Assembly: GCA_937881855.1 (NCBI GenBank)
Contig: CALGEL010000059.1
Location: forward strand, 57,032 to 121,031
Reading direction: 5' to 3'
Length of the DNA stretch: 64,000 bases
From: an uncultured Clostridia bacterium
GTDB taxonomy: Bacteria; Bacillota; Clostridia; Oscillospirales; QAKW01
In this document: positions 7,002 through 21,765 of the stretch, piece after piece
How the letters are laid out: every line of letters starts with the position of its first letter
Position numbering within the stretch: position 1 is the stretch's first letter
The notes under the pieces: generated by a model
The model's input: only the letters and a program-made list of their open reading frames with translations
Database searches by the model: none
Told to the model about the DNA's origin: nothing
Program-made: the position numbers and the translations under genes

Positions 7002-9062
7002 ATGCGTCGTTGGAACATAAAAAAGCAAAATGAACATTTAGTGGAAGCGTTGTGCAAAGAATTGAAATGTACGCATTTTTTTGCTCGCATTCTGATCAAT
7101 CGCGGTTTTTCTACGGTTGAAGATGCCCGCGCTTTCTTAAATACCAATCGCTCTGATTTATTGGATCCGTTTCTTTTTAAAGAAATGGACCAAGCAGTTG
7201 ATCGTATTAAAAAAGCAATTCAAAATTCCGAACGAATTACGGTATACGGCGACTATGATGTCGACGGAATCACAGCGACGGCACTTTTATTTCTTGTTCT
7301 AAAAGAACTTGGCGGCATAGTGGATTTCTTTATTCCGAGTCGTTTTACCGACGGTTACGGGGTGAACTCATCGGCAATTCAATCGATTGCTGAAAGAGGG
7401 ACAAGGCTGATCATTACTGTCGACACCGGAATCACAGCAGTTGATGAAGTGGAAGAAGCAAAGCGTTTGGGAATGGATGTGATTATAACAGATCACCATG
7501 AATGCCAGGAAAACTTGCCTCAGGTATTGGTCATCAATCCTAAATATGTCGAAAGCGGCTATCCCTTCCAGCATTTGGCCGGTGTGGGCGTTGTATTTAA
7601 GCTTATTTCTGCGTTGATTTATTCCTATGGCGGTTGTGATGAAGATATTGATAAATTCACTCCGCTGGCGGCGATAGGGACCATTGCTGATATTATGCCG
7701 ATGCATGGAGAAAATCGCTACATCGTACAAAAGGGATTGGAATATCTTCAAAATACCGAAAATATCGGCTTGAAAAAATTAATGGATCGTTGCATGGGTG
7801 ATCGGTTGCTGGACGCATCTGCGGTGAGCTATGTGTTGGCGCCGCGCATCAATGCGGCCGGGCGAATGGGCAATGCATCCATCGGCGTAGAGCTATTAAC
7901 GACGGATGATGAGCAACACGCAGAACAGTTGGTGGAGGAGCTTTGTCGAGAGAATAACCGCAGGCAGGGGATTGAAAATCGCATTCTTGAAGATGCAATT
8001 TCTATGATCGAAAATGATGAATCGCAGCAAAAACGCAACGCCATCGTTCTGTGGAAAGAAGGGTGGCATAATGGCGTGGTCGGAATTGTGGCATCACGCT
8101 TGAAAGAGCGGTATAATCGTCCGTGTATTCTATTTTCATTAAGCGAGGATCATGCCAAAGGTTCCGGAAGGAGCGTCAAGCCGTTCAACTTATTTAATGC
8201 GCTTGAACGCATTAAAGATCACACCTTGAAATTCGGCGGACACGCTTATGCCTCGGGTGTTTTGGTCTCGATGGATCATTTGAATGAATTCCGCGATGCC
8301 CTTTGCGAACAAGTGGATATGTTTTTAGAAGAGAATGAGTTTGATAACAGTATTGAAATTGATTGTTCGTTGTTCCCCCAAGATCTTTCGATTGAGAATA
8401 TTGTTGCCTTGCAGAAGTTGGCTCCGTTTGGGCGAGAGAACGAATCCCCGATCTTTTGTATGAGAAATGTTCGTATTTTGGAGGCGGTCCCGACAGCAAA
8501 CGGAAACCATATGCGCATAACTTTTCTTTGCGATCATTTGAGAGTTACGGCTTTTTATTTCAATGTCTCTTTGTCCGATTTTTTATATGCGGCAGGAGAA
8601 TCGGTTGATGTGGTTTTTGAGGCGGACATTAATGTATTTAATGGGCGCAGAAGCGTTCAACTTATCATTAAAGACATTCGCAATAATCTAACGGACTCCA
8701 ATGTTATTTGGCGAGATATTGAACGATTAAAACAATTCAATGTTTCTGAGAAAGATATTCCGACGCGGGAACACACAGCAGCAGTTTATCGCTATCTTCA
8801 AAAAGCGGTAACTTCCGGAGTTTGCTCCTTTGATATAACGACGCTACCGGCGCGGATTTCTCAGATACAGAAAATCGAAATCTCCAACGGTGCTGTATAC
8901 TTATCGCTAACGGCCTTGGAGGAACTTGGTATTTTGAAATTTGAAAAAGAAGGCCGGAGCATCAAAAATTTACAGTTAAATTCCCAAATCAAAGTTGATC
9001 TTGAAGATTCTGTGATTTTAAATAAATACAGAGAAAAGGCGGGTGAGTTGATGTGTGTTTAG
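7002..9062 (+). CDS. recJ: single-stranded-DNA-specific exonuclease RecJ
   Basis: DHH-family motifs: VYGDYDVDGITA, ITVDTG, IITDHH, plus the DHHA1 region GGHAYASG. Confidence 0.93.
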   Translation: MRRWNIKKQNEHLVEALCKELKCTHFFARILINRGFSTVEDARAFLNTNRSDLLDPFLFKEMDQAVDRIKKAIQNSERITVYGDYDVDGITATALLFLVLKELGGIVDFFIPSRFTDGYGVNSSAIQSIAERGTRLIITVDTGITAVDEVEEAKRLGMDVIITDHHECQENLPQVLVINPKYVESGYPFQHLAGVGVVFKLISALIYSYGGCDEDIDKFTPLAAIGTIADIMPMHGENRYIVQKGLEYLQNTENIGLKKLMDRCMGDRLLDASAVSYVLAPRINAAGRMGNASIGVELLTTDDEQHAEQLVEELCRENNRRQGIENRILEDAISMIENDESQQKRNAIVLWKEGWHNGVVGIVASRLKERYNRPCILFSLSEDHAKGSGRSVKPFNLFNALERIKDHTLKFGGHAYASGVLVSMDHLNEFRDALCEQVDMFLEENEFDNSIEIDCSLFPQDLSIENIVALQKLAPFGRENESPIFCMRNVRILEAVPTANGNHMRITFLCDHLRVTAFYFNVSLSDFLYAAGESVDVVFEADINVFNGRRSVQLIIKDIRNNLTDSNVIWRDIERLKQFNVSEKDIPTREHTAAVYRYLQKAVTSGVCSFDITTLPARISQIQKIEISNGAVYLSLTALEELGILKFEKEGRSIKNLQLNSQIKVDLEDSVILNKYREKAGELMCV

Positions 9063-11221
9063 AAGACAAATTGTTTGAAGATTTTATGGTGTCACTAAGT
9101 GATGACAAAAAAATCGACACAGAAAAGATTCGAGCTGCATATCAACGAGCCAAGTCTTGCCATGAAGGCCAGCTCAGAACCTCCGGAGAGGCTTATGTTT
9201 GCCATCCGATCGAAGTGGCAAAATTGGTATATGAGTTTGGGTTGGATACGGATTCGATTTGCGCCGCATTTTTGCACGACACAATCGAAGATACCGAATT
9301 GACCTTTGACGATGTTAAAAAAGAGTTTGGCTTGGATTGCGCCAATATTGTCGATGGCGTGACAAAGTTGGGGCAAATTCAATACACAACAAAAGAAGAG
9401 GCGCAGATTGAATATCTCAGAAAAATGTTTTTGGCGATGGCAAAGGATATTCGAGTAATCCTGATCAAGCTTGCAGACCGCCTTCATAATGTGCGAACTT
9501 TGGGGGCAAGGCCTCGTGAAAAACAGTTGAAGACAGCGCACGAGACCTTGGAAATCTATGCGCCGCTTGCTCATCGATTGGGTATGCAACGTGTTAAGCA
9601 GGAAATGGAAGATATTTCGGTTTCCTATCTTGATCCTGACGGTTGTAAAGTAATTAATGATCGATTGAAAGAATTTGAATCTGTTGGTCATGACTTTGTT
9701 GAAAATACAAAAAGGAATATTTGCGAAAAGTTAAAGGCCCATGACATTCCTTTTGATCTAACCTATCGAGTTAAGCATACATTCAGTATTTATCGAAAGT
9801 TATTTACGCAAAATAAAACTTTCGAAGAATTATACGATATTTATGCCTTTCGATTGATTGTGAACACGGTGAATGATTGCTATTATTTGCTTGGCGTGAT
9901 TCATGATCTTTATAATCCTATACCGGGAAGATTTAAAGATTATATATCCACGCCGAAACCCAATATGTATCAATCTTTGCATACAACAGTTATCGGCAAA
10001 GAGGGTGTTCCTTTTGAGGTGCAGATTCGGACATGGGACATGCATAATACCGCAGAGTATGGTATTGCAGCGCATTGGAAATATAAAAATAACGTTCAAA
10101 ATTCAAAGGCATCTTTGGATGATAAGTTAAAATGGGTAAGAAATATTCTCGAAACGCAGGAAGATGTTTCGGACACCGAGGATTTTATCAAAGCGCTAAA
10201 AATTGACTTATTCGATGATGAAGTCTTTTTGTTTACTCCGCGCGGAGATGTGGTCAATCTGCCTGCCGGTGCAACCGTGATTGACTTTGCTTATGCGATC
10301 CATAGCGCCGTCGGCAACAAAATGGTTGGCGCCAAGGTCAACGGAAAAATTGTCGGGTTGGAATATCAGCCCCAAAATGGTGAGATTATTGAAATTCTGA
10401 CCACCTCATCGGAAAATCACGGGCCTTCAAGGGATTGGCTCAAAATTGTCAAAACCAGTGAGGCAAAGCAAAAAATTCGTCACTGGATTAAAAATGAGCG
10501 TCGAGAAGAAAATGTCGAGACCGGTTGCGATGAATTGGAAAAGGCATTGCGGCGCAGCGGTATTCGCTTGCCCAAAGAAGATCGCGACTCTATAATGCAA
10601 CATACTGCGACTCATCTGCATTTTAATTCTGCTGATGATATGTATGCGGCGATTGGCTATGGTGGTTTGACCGTTGCCAAGGTGGAACGCAGGATACGCG
10701 ATTATTGCGATCAACTCGAAAAAGAAAATAAACCGATCAAGATTGTCAATGTAACCAAACCCAAAGCTCATGCGGGCGGTGTGGAAGTTGAAGGCATTGA
10801 TAATTGCTTGATCAAATTTGCTAAATGTTGCAATCCCTTGCCCGGCGATTATATTTGTGGATTTATAACAAAAGGATATGGGGTTTCGATTCATAAAACA
10901 GATTGTCTGAATGCGCGCCGAGGAATGGAACAAGAGCCCGAACGCTGGTTAAAAGCTACCTGGGATGCCGCAGAAAGCGATAGTTTTTCGACTACTCTGA
11001 TGCTTCTTGTGAATAACGGTATCGGCGTCATGGCAAATCTGACGAGGATTTTGGCAGACCTTAAGGTGAATATTCGGAGTATCGCAACAAGAGAAGAGAG
11101 TAAAGATACAACTATTATAACCATTACAATTGATGTTAAGAGCTTGGATCATCTTAATTTCATTGTTTCGCGGATTCGCAAAGATTCCAATGTTTTGGAT
11201 ATTCAAAGAGCAAATTTATAA
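9053..11221 (+). CDS. relA: bifunctional (p)ppGpp synthetase/hydrolase Rel
   Basis: HD hydrolase motifs (HPIEVA, LHDTIEDT), synthetase motifs (YRSLHTTV-like QSLHTTVIG, AHWKYK), and TGS and ACT regions. The GTG start at 9053 overlaps the recJ stop by 10 nt; ATG at 9086 is an alternative. Confidence 0.93.
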   Translation: MCLEDKLFEDFMVSLSDDKKIDTEKIRAAYQRAKSCHEGQLRTSGEAYVCHPIEVAKLVYEFGLDTDSICAAFLHDTIEDTELTFDDVKKEFGLDCANIVDGVTKLGQIQYTTKEEAQIEYLRKMFLAMAKDIRVILIKLADRLHNVRTLGARPREKQLKTAHETLEIYAPLAHRLGMQRVKQEMEDISVSYLDPDGCKVINDRLKEFESVGHDFVENTKRNICEKLKAHDIPFDLTYRVKHTFSIYRKLFTQNKTFEELYDIYAFRLIVNTVNDCYYLLGVIHDLYNPIPGRFKDYISTPKPNMYQSLHTTVIGKEGVPFEVQIRTWDMHNTAEYGIAAHWKYKNNVQNSKASLDDKLKWVRNILETQEDVSDTEDFIKALKIDLFDDEVFLFTPRGDVVNLPAGATVIDFAYAIHSAVGNKMVGAKVNGKIVGLEYQPQNGEIIEILTTSSENHGPSRDWLKIVKTSEAKQKIRHWIKNERREENVETGCDELEKALRRSGIRLPKEDRDSIMQHTATHLHFNSADDMYAAIGYGGLTVAKVERRIRDYCDQLEKENKPIKIVNVTKPKAHAGGVEVEGIDNCLIKFAKCCNPLPGDYICGFITKGYGVSIHKTDCLNARRGMEQEPERWLKATWDAAESDSFSTTLMLLVNNGIGVMANLTRILADLKVNIRSIATREESKDTTIITITIDVKSLDHLNFIVSRIRKDSNVLDIQRANL

Positions 11222-11233
11222 ACGAGGTAATCC

Positions 11234-11680
11234 ATGAGAGCTATTTGTTCAGTAGTTAAAAATGCCACCTTGAAGGTGGATGGAGAATTGATTTCGGAAA
11301 TCGGACACGGAATGGTGGTATTTTGTGGATTTTCTGCCGATGATACTATTGAAAGCATTGAAAAGGCTTTGAAAAAGGTTGCGGGGTTGCGCGTTATGAG
11401 CGATCCGGACGGTAAGTTAAATTGTTCTCTTGCCGATGTGGGCGGAGAGATGCTTTTTATTTCAAATTTCACTCTCTATGGTGATGTCCATAAAGGGTTT
11501 CGTCCATCTTTTGAGAAGAGTATGAAATTTGATCCTGCTCAAAACCTATATGACTATGCTTTGAATCGGTTGAAAGAGTTTGGTGTTCGGGTTCAAGGCG
11601 GTGTCTTTGGCGGTGATATGAAAATTGAGGCTCTACATGATGGGCCGATTAATATCATTATCGATAGCGAGGTGCTTTGA
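11234..11680 (+). CDS. dtd: D-aminoacyl-tRNA deacylase
   Basis: The 148-aa ORF carries SNFTLYGD, KGFRPSF and DGPINIIIDS. Confidence 0.9.
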   Translation: MRAICSVVKNATLKVDGELISEIGHGMVVFCGFSADDTIESIEKALKKVAGLRVMSDPDGKLNCSLADVGGEMLFISNFTLYGDVHKGFRPSFEKSMKFDPAQNLYDYALNRLKEFGVRVQGGVFGGDMKIEALHDGPINIIIDSEVL

Positions 11681-12300
11681 TGCAGGTTCATCGAATTCAA
11701 TGCGGTCGATTGCAGTCCAACTGTTATCTGATTGAAGAGAATGACACCGCTGTCTTAATTGATTGTGGTGGCGATGGTTCAGAGATACTTGATTTTGCAG
11801 AATCTAATGGGCTGAAAATCGAAGCAGTGTTGTTGACCCATGGGCATATTGACCATATTGAAGGTGTGGATCGGGTCGTTGCGGAGCATCAATGCCCGCT
11901 CTATATTCATGAAAACGATTTGGAATATCTCTATAATGCAAGCCTTAATTTATCACCGCAGATTTACAGAGTTCCTGTCGTTTTACAATCAACGGCAAGC
12001 GTGTTCAAGGATAATGAACGCTTGAAATTTGGTTCTTTGAAATTCGATGTTATTCACACTCCTGGGCATACCTTGGGTTCGGTGTGCTTTCAAATCAATG
12101 AGTATCTTTTTACGGGAGATACCTTGTTTTTCAATTCGGTCGGTAATGAGTTTCCGCCCTTTGGAAACTTTGCTCTTGAAATTGAATCGATTCGCAATCG
12201 TCTGTTTTCTTTGGAAAACAATTTTCTATGTTATCCGGGCCATGGTGAGTCGACAACGCTTGCATATGAAAAAATAAATAATCCGTATTGTAGGGTCTAA
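11680..12300 (+). CDS. MBL-fold metallo-hydrolase
   Basis: LLTHGHIDHIEG (HxHxDH) and HTPGHTLGS. The ATG overlaps the dtd TGA (TGATG); the ORF-track TTG start is at 11677. Confidence 0.85.
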   Translation: MQVHRIQCGRLQSNCYLIEENDTAVLIDCGGDGSEILDFAESNGLKIEAVLLTHGHIDHIEGVDRVVAEHQCPLYIHENDLEYLYNASLNLSPQIYRVPVVLQSTASVFKDNERLKFGSLKFDVIHTPGHTLGSVCFQINEYLFTGDTLFFNSVGNEFPPFGNFALEIESIRNRLFSLENNFLCYPGHGESTTLAYEKINNPYCRV

Positions 12301-17173
<4,873 letters not shown>

Positions 17174-17180
17174 CGAAAAC

Positions 17181-17221
17181 AGAGCGGATAAAACAAATGA
17201 ATTTTATCCGCTCTCTTTTTT
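17181..17221 (+). terminator. rho-independent terminator
   Basis: The stem agagcggataaaa pairs with ttttatccgctct and is followed by a T-run. Confidence 0.85.
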
Positions 17222-17231
17222 AAAAAAATGC

Positions 17232-17260
17232 TTGACTATGGCGATTTGGTATGCTATAAT
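17232..17260 (+). promoter_or_regulatory. sigmaA promoter of rpmG-secE-nusG-rplKA
   Basis: TTGACT, a 17-nt spacer, then TATAAT with an extended TGc. Confidence 0.8.
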
Positions 17261-17354
17261 CTTTTATACCTGCCGTAGGGCTTATTTTTTTGTGCAAAAA
17301 AATAGGCTCCAATATTTAACGCAGGGAGGCCAAAAAAACAGGAGGTGCCGCAAA

Positions 17355-17504
17355 ATGAGAGTCAAGATTACGCTGGCTTGCACAGAGTGCAAACAAAGAA
17401 ATTACGACACAATGAAAAACAAGAAGAATGACCCCGACAGACTGGAAATGAACAAGTATTGCAAGTTCTGCAAAAAGCACACTTTGCATAGAGAAACCAA
17501 GTAA
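17355..17504 (+). CDS. rpmG: 50S ribosomal protein L33
   Basis: [56 protein letters not shown] lies 7 nt upstream. The ORF-track start 17232 sits on the promoter and is rejected. Confidence 0.95.
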   Translation: MRVKITLACTECKQRNYDTMKNKKNDPDRLEMNKYCKFCKKHTLHRETK

Positions 17505-17534
17505 GTTTCCAAAATTTACAAGGAGGACAAAAAC

Positions 17535-17771
17535 ATGGCTGAAAAAGCAAAGAAAAAGTCCATCTTTTCCAGAATCGTTGGCTGGTTCCGCGAAGTTCGC
17601 ATCGAAATGACCAAGAGAATTATTTGGCCCACATTTAAGCAAGTAGCCAATAATACAATCGTGGTTGTCGTCTGTGTTCTTGTCGTGGGCGCATTGATCT
17701 GGTTGTTCGATTGGCTTTTCTTCACAGGGCTTCAAGCGCTGATCAGTTGGTTGGGTGGCTTGCTTGCCTAA
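17535..17771 (+). CDS. secE: preprotein translocase subunit SecE
   Basis: FFREVRIEMTKRIIWPT plus a single TM. Confidence 0.9.
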   Translation: MAEKAKKKSIFSRIVGWFREVRIEMTKRIIWPTFKQVANNTIVVVVCVLVVGALIWLFDWLFFTGLQALISWLGGLLA

Positions 17772-17802
17772 TTTAGTTTATTAAGAAAGGAACAGGTGTA
17801 TT

Positions 17803-18324
17803 ATGGCTGAAACTGCAAAATGGTATGCAATTCATACTTATTCGGCTTATGAGAATAAAGTTGCGACCAACTTGCGCAGAATTATTGAAAATCGCAAGCT
17901 GGAAGAAGTTATTCAAGATATCTCTGTTCCCACAGAAACCGTTGTAGAAACGACCGAAAAGGGTCAGAAGGAATACGAACGTAAAGTTTTCCCGGGTTAT
18001 GTTTTGGTCAAGATGGTTATGACCGATGAGACATGGTATATCGTCCGCAACATTCAGGGCGTGACCGGTTTTGTCGGATCCACATCCGAACCGCTTCCCC
18101 TTACTCAGGCTGAGATTGAAAAACTCGGTGTTGAGAAGCGGGTTGTTCATACCGATTATAAGAAGGGCGATTCGGTACGTTTTGTTGCTTCGAATATGAG
18201 CGGTTTTGTTGGCGTGGTAGACGAGGTATATCCCGAGTCTTCCAAGTTGAAAGTGGTTGTTTCCATGTTCGGAAGAGATACTTCTGTTGAAGTTTCCTTT
18301 GAGCAGGTTGCACCCGTAGAGTAA
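17803..18324 (+). CDS. nusG: transcription termination/antitermination factor NusG
   Basis: KWYAIHTYSAYENKV, FPGYVLVKM and a C-terminal KOW domain. Confidence 0.95.
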   Translation: MAETAKWYAIHTYSAYENKVATNLRRIIENRKLEEVIQDISVPTETVVETTEKGQKEYERKVFPGYVLVKMVMTDETWYIVRNIQGVTGFVGSTSEPLPLTQAEIEKLGVEKRVVHTDYKKGDSVRFVASNMSGFVGVVDEVYPESSKLKVVVSMFGRDTSVEVSFEQVAPVE

Positions 18325-18426
18325 GGCTGATTCGCATCGTTTGATGCGTTATCACGAGTGGGAGGAGAGTACTTTTTAATCTTTCCGCTATATTACCACA
18401 TTGAAACACGAGGGAGGTGTTTGAAA

Positions 18427-18852
18427 ATGGCTCAAAAAGTAACAGGGTTCATTAAACTTCAGATTCCGGCAGGTAAGGCAACACCGGCGCCCCCGGTTGG
18501 TCCTGCGCTGGGTCAGCATGGCGTCAACATTATGGCGTTTGCAAAGGAATTCAACGAGAGAACAAAGAATGATATCGGATACATTATTCCGGTTGTTATC
18601 ACCGTTTATGCGGATCATTCTTTCACTTTTGTTACCAAGACTCCGCCTGCAGCAGTTCTTATTAAGAAAGCTGCCGGTATTGAGAGCGGCTCCGGCGTCC
18701 CCAATAAGACCAAGGTTGCATCTCTTACCAAGGAGCAGGTCAAAAAGATCGCTGAGCAGAAGATGCCCGATCTGAATGCAGTCGATATTGAAGCTGCTAT
18801 GAGCATGATCGCAGGTACTGCGAGAAGCATGGGCGTTACTGTCGAAGAGTAA
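18427..18852 (+). CDS. rplK: 50S ribosomal protein L11
   Basis: [46 protein letters not shown] is upstream. The ORF-track N-terminal extension from 18358 is rejected. Confidence 0.95.
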   Translation: MAQKVTGFIKLQIPAGKATPAPPVGPALGQHGVNIMAFAKEFNERTKNDIGYIIPVVITVYADHSFTFVTKTPPAAVLIKKAAGIESGSGVPNKTKVASLTKEQVKKIAEQKMPDLNAVDIEAAMSMIAGTARSMGVTVEE

Positions 18853-18907
18853 GCTCTAAATACTGTGGGAGGAATATTCCGTAATACCACAAAGGAGGAT
18901 TATTTAG

Positions 18908-19600
18908 GTGAAAAGAGGAAAGTCTTATATTGAAAGCTCCAAGCTGATCGACGCTACCAAGTTGTATGACGTTGAAGAGGCTATGGAAGTTGTTACCAAG
19001 GCTGCACGCGCAAAGTTTGATGAGACTGTTGAAGTGCATGTTAAATTGGGTGTTGATTCCCGTCATGCTGATCAGCAGGTTCGTGGTGCAGTTGTATTGC
19101 CCCATGGTACCGGTAAAACCACTCGCGTTCTTGTCTTTGCTAAGGATGCGAAAGCCGATGAGGCTCAGGCTGCCGGTGCTGATTTCGTTGGTGGCGAGGA
19201 ACTTATTCCTAAGATTCAAAATGAGAACTGGTTTGAATATGATGTTGTTGTCGCAACTCCCGATATGATGGGCGTTGTCGGTCGTTTGGGTCGCGTGCTT
19301 GGTCCTAAGGGCTTGATGCCGAACCCCAAAGCCGGTACCGTTACCATGGATGTTGCTAAGGCAATCGCAGAAATCAAAGCCGGTAAGATTGAATATCGTT
19401 TGGATAAAACCAACATTATTCACTGCCCTGTCGGCAAAGTTTCCTTTGGTAAAGAAAAGCTTGCCGAGAACTTCAACACTTTGATGGGTGCAATCATCAA
19501 AGCGAAGCCTGCCGCCGCGAAAGGCCAATATGTAAGAAGCTGCACTGTTGCTTCTACCATGGGCCCCGGCGTTAAGATCAATCAGGCTAAATTTATGTAA
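18908..19600 (+). CDS. rplA: 50S ribosomal protein L1
   Basis: GTG start after AAGGAGGA; [14 protein letters not shown] and LPHGTGK. Confidence 0.95.
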   Translation: MKRGKSYIESSKLIDATKLYDVEEAMEVVTKAARAKFDETVEVHVKLGVDSRHADQQVRGAVVLPHGTGKTTRVLVFAKDAKADEAQAAGADFVGGEELIPKIQNENWFEYDVVVATPDMMGVVGRLGRVLGPKGLMPNPKAGTVTMDVAKAIAEIKAGKIEYRLDKTNIIHCPVGKVSFGKEKLAENFNTLMGAIIKAKPAAAKGQYVRSCTVASTMGPGVKINQAKFM

Positions 19601-19606
19601 AAATGC

Positions 19607-19635
19607 TTGACAATGGTATCGCGATGTGATATTAT
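19607..19635 (+). promoter_or_regulatory. sigmaA promoter of rplJL
   Basis: TTGACA, a 17-nt spacer, then TATTAT with an extended TGa. Confidence 0.75.
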
Positions 19636-19639
19636 TGTT

Positions 19640-19792
19640 TAGCAAAATAAATGCTTCGCAGACAGCTGGTGTCAATTTATTGACTTAATATCCCGCCGAG
19701 GAGTGCTTTTTATCTTAGGATATCTATGCTCCCAAGCCGGTTTGCGTGTTTGGGAGCATTTTTTTGAAATTCTTACGGAGGTAATTCGATTC
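19640..19792 (+). promoter_or_regulatory. ribosomal protein L10 leader with intrinsic attenuator hairpin
   Basis: A 150-nt structured 5'UTR lies between the promoter and rplJ. The hairpin atgctcccaa/ttgggagcat (19726-19759) is followed by TTTTTTT, consistent with the Firmicute L10(L12)4-responsive leader. Confidence 0.65.
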
Positions 19793-20302
19793 ATGGCAAA
19801 TGAGAAAATCATTGCGCAGAAACAGGCTGTCGTTGCTGAACTGAAAGAAAAGCTTCAAAACGCTGTTACCGGTGTACTTGTTGATTACAGCGGCATCAAC
19901 GTTGCAGATGATACTGAACTTCGCGGCAAGCTAAGAGAAGCCGGTGTTGATTACAGCGTTGTTAAAAACACCCTTACTCGTTTTGCTGCTAAGGAAGTCG
20001 GCTTGGAAGAGCTTTCTGATGTTTTGAACGGCAATACCGCGCTGGCCATCTCTAATGATGATGTTGTCGCTCCTGCTAAAGTTTTGTATGACTTCGGCAA
20101 GACCCACGATTATTTCACCATTAAGGGCGGCTTTGTTGAAGGTAAAGTTGTTTCTGTTGCAGAAATTGAAAAATTGGCAACCATGCCCAGCAAAGAAGGT
20201 TTGCTTTGCATGTTGCTCTATGCCCTCAACGGAAATGTTTCCGGTTTGGCACGTGCTTTGCAGGCAGTTGTTGATCAAAAAAATGAAGCAACCCCTGCGT
20301 AA
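19793..20302 (+). CDS. rplJ: 50S ribosomal protein L10
   Basis: MANEKIIAQKQAVVAELKEKL. ACGGAGGT is upstream. The ORF-track start 19703 lies inside the leader. Confidence 0.95.
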   Translation: MANEKIIAQKQAVVAELKEKLQNAVTGVLVDYSGINVADDTELRGKLREAGVDYSVVKNTLTRFAAKEVGLEELSDVLNGNTALAISNDDVVAPAKVLYDFGKTHDYFTIKGGFVEGKVVSVAEIEKLATMPSKEGLLCMLLYALNGNVSGLARALQAVVDQKNEATPA

Positions 20303-20338
20303 TTATTAAAATTTAATTTTATTTGGAGGATTAAAGAA

Positions 20339-20710
20339 ATGGCTGATATTAAGAATATCGTTGAAGAAATCAAAACCCTGAGTGTTATGGAACTGGCTGA
20401 TCTGGTTCACGCTATCGAAGAAGAATTTGGTGTTTCCGCTGCTGCTCCTGTTGCAGTTGCTGCTGCTCCCGGCGCCGGCGCTGCCGCTGCTGAAGAGAAG
20501 ACCGAGTTTGATGTTGTTCTGACCGATGCAGGCGCATCCAAGATCAATGTTATCAAGGTTGTTAAGGAAATCACCGGTTTGGGCCTGAAGGAAGCTAAGG
20601 AATTGGTTGACAACGCTCCCAAGGCTATCAAAGAAGGCGCTTCCAAGGATGAAGCTGAAGAGATTAAGAATAAGCTGACCGAAGCCGGCGCTTCTGTTGA
20701 GCTGAAGTAA
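20339..20710 (+). CDS. rplL: 50S ribosomal protein L7/L12
   Basis: An Ala-rich hinge followed by [24 protein letters not shown]. Confidence 0.95.
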   Translation: MADIKNIVEEIKTLSVMELADLVHAIEEEFGVSAAAPVAVAAAPGAGAAAAEEKTEFDVVLTDAGASKINVIKVVKEITGLGLKEAKELVDNAPKAIKEGASKDEAEEIKNKLTEAGASVELK

Positions 20711-20722
20711 TTTCGTTTTATT

Positions 20723-20757
20723 AAATCCCGGTCGGCAATGCCGATCGGGATTTTTTT
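20723..20757 (+). terminator. rho-independent terminator
   Basis: The stem aaatcccggtcgg pairs with ccgatcgggattt and is followed by TTTTTTT. Confidence 0.85.
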
Positions 20758-20768
20758 AGGAGTTTGTT

Positions 20769-21725
20769 ATGAGTTTTTCTCCGATAAACAAAATGGGACT
20801 TGCTCCAATGGCAGGACCGGGGGATAGTGCATTTCGGCGTATTTGCAAAGAATTTGGTGCGGATTATACCGTTTCTGAAATGATCAGCGCAAAGGCACTG
20901 CGTTTTGGCGCGGAAAAGACAGAGGCATTGGCAAGATACACCGAAGAGGAAGCCCCGATTCTGATTCAATTATTCGGACACGATCCCGACGCAATGGAAT
21001 TAGCGGCGGCTTTTATTTTTGAACAGTATCATCCCGCGGGTATTGATCTTAATATGGGGTGTCCTGCACCTAAAATATTCAATAACGGAGACGGAAGCGC
21101 ACTTCTTGCTGAACCTGTATTGGCTGCCGAACTTGTACGTGCCGCAATTCGCGGTTGCAAGTGTCCTGTAAGCGTAAAAATGCGGATTGGTATTGATGCT
21201 CCCGATCCCAATATCGGTGATTTTGCCAAACGTCTGCAAGATGCCGGCGCATCGTTTATTACCGTTCACGGAAGAACAAGAGAGCAGTTTTATTCCGGAA
21301 AAGCAGATTATTCAATGATTTGTAAGGTTAAAGAATCCGTTTCGATTCCTGTGATTGCCAATGGAGATGTGGTTGATGCTGTATCTGCCAAGCGTATTAT
21401 TGAAGAAACCGGTGCGGATGGAATTGCATTGGCGCGTGGCGCTTTGGGTGCACCCTATATATTTTCTCAAATCAAAGACGGTCTTAATGGAAAAGAAGTG
21501 TATCCTTTATCATTGGAAGAGCGATTTGAGATATGCTTGAAGCATTTAAATTATGCAATTGAAGATAAAGGGGAAGAGCGAGCGTGTGTTGAATTTCGAA
21601 AGCATATGCTTTGGTATCTGAAAGGTATTGTCGGTGCCGCTCAATATAAATTGGAAGCCGGAAAAATCAGCACGCTTTCTGACTGCATTACTTTGATTGA
21701 TCGCATTTTAAACAAAAAAAAATAA
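20769..21725 (+). CDS. dusB: tRNA-dihydrouridine synthase
   Basis: LAPMAGPGDSAFRRI, IDLNMGCPAPK, TVHGRTREQ. Confidence 0.9.
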   Translation: MSFSPINKMGLAPMAGPGDSAFRRICKEFGADYTVSEMISAKALRFGAEKTEALARYTEEEAPILIQLFGHDPDAMELAAAFIFEQYHPAGIDLNMGCPAPKIFNNGDGSALLAEPVLAAELVRAAIRGCKCPVSVKMRIGIDAPDPNIGDFAKRLQDAGASFITVHGRTREQFYSGKADYSMICKVKESVSIPVIANGDVVDAVSAKRIIEETGADGIALARGALGAPYIFSQIKDGLNGKEVYPLSLEERFEICLKHLNYAIEDKGEERACVEFRKHMLWYLKGIVGAAQYKLEAGKISTLSDCITLIDRILNKKK

Positions 21726-21757
21726 ACCGCTTTTGCGAATGCAAAAGCGGTTTATTT
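21724..21757. terminator. bidirectional terminator shared by dusB and serA
   Basis: The stem aaaccgcttttgc pairs with gcaaaagcggttt and is flanked by an A-run upstream and a T-run downstream. Confidence 0.8.
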
Positions 21758-21765
21758 ATATTAAA

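Noticed and set aside
17232-17354. N-terminal extensions given by the ORF track for rpmG (17232), rplK (18358), rplJ (19703), the DRTGG gene (24105), nrdR (44299), GT2 (35881) and DUF368 (51114).
   Set aside because: The extensions run through promoters, leaders or terminator hairpins and encode non-conserved sequence. Internal ATGs are preceded by good SD sequences and give the canonical N-termini.
18325-18907. Possible L11/L1 autoregulatory leader structures upstream of rplK and between rplK and rplA.
   Set aside because: Only short, unconvincing hairpins (cgcat/atgcg) were found. I could not identify an L1-binding rRNA mimic by eye, so I did not report it as a feature.
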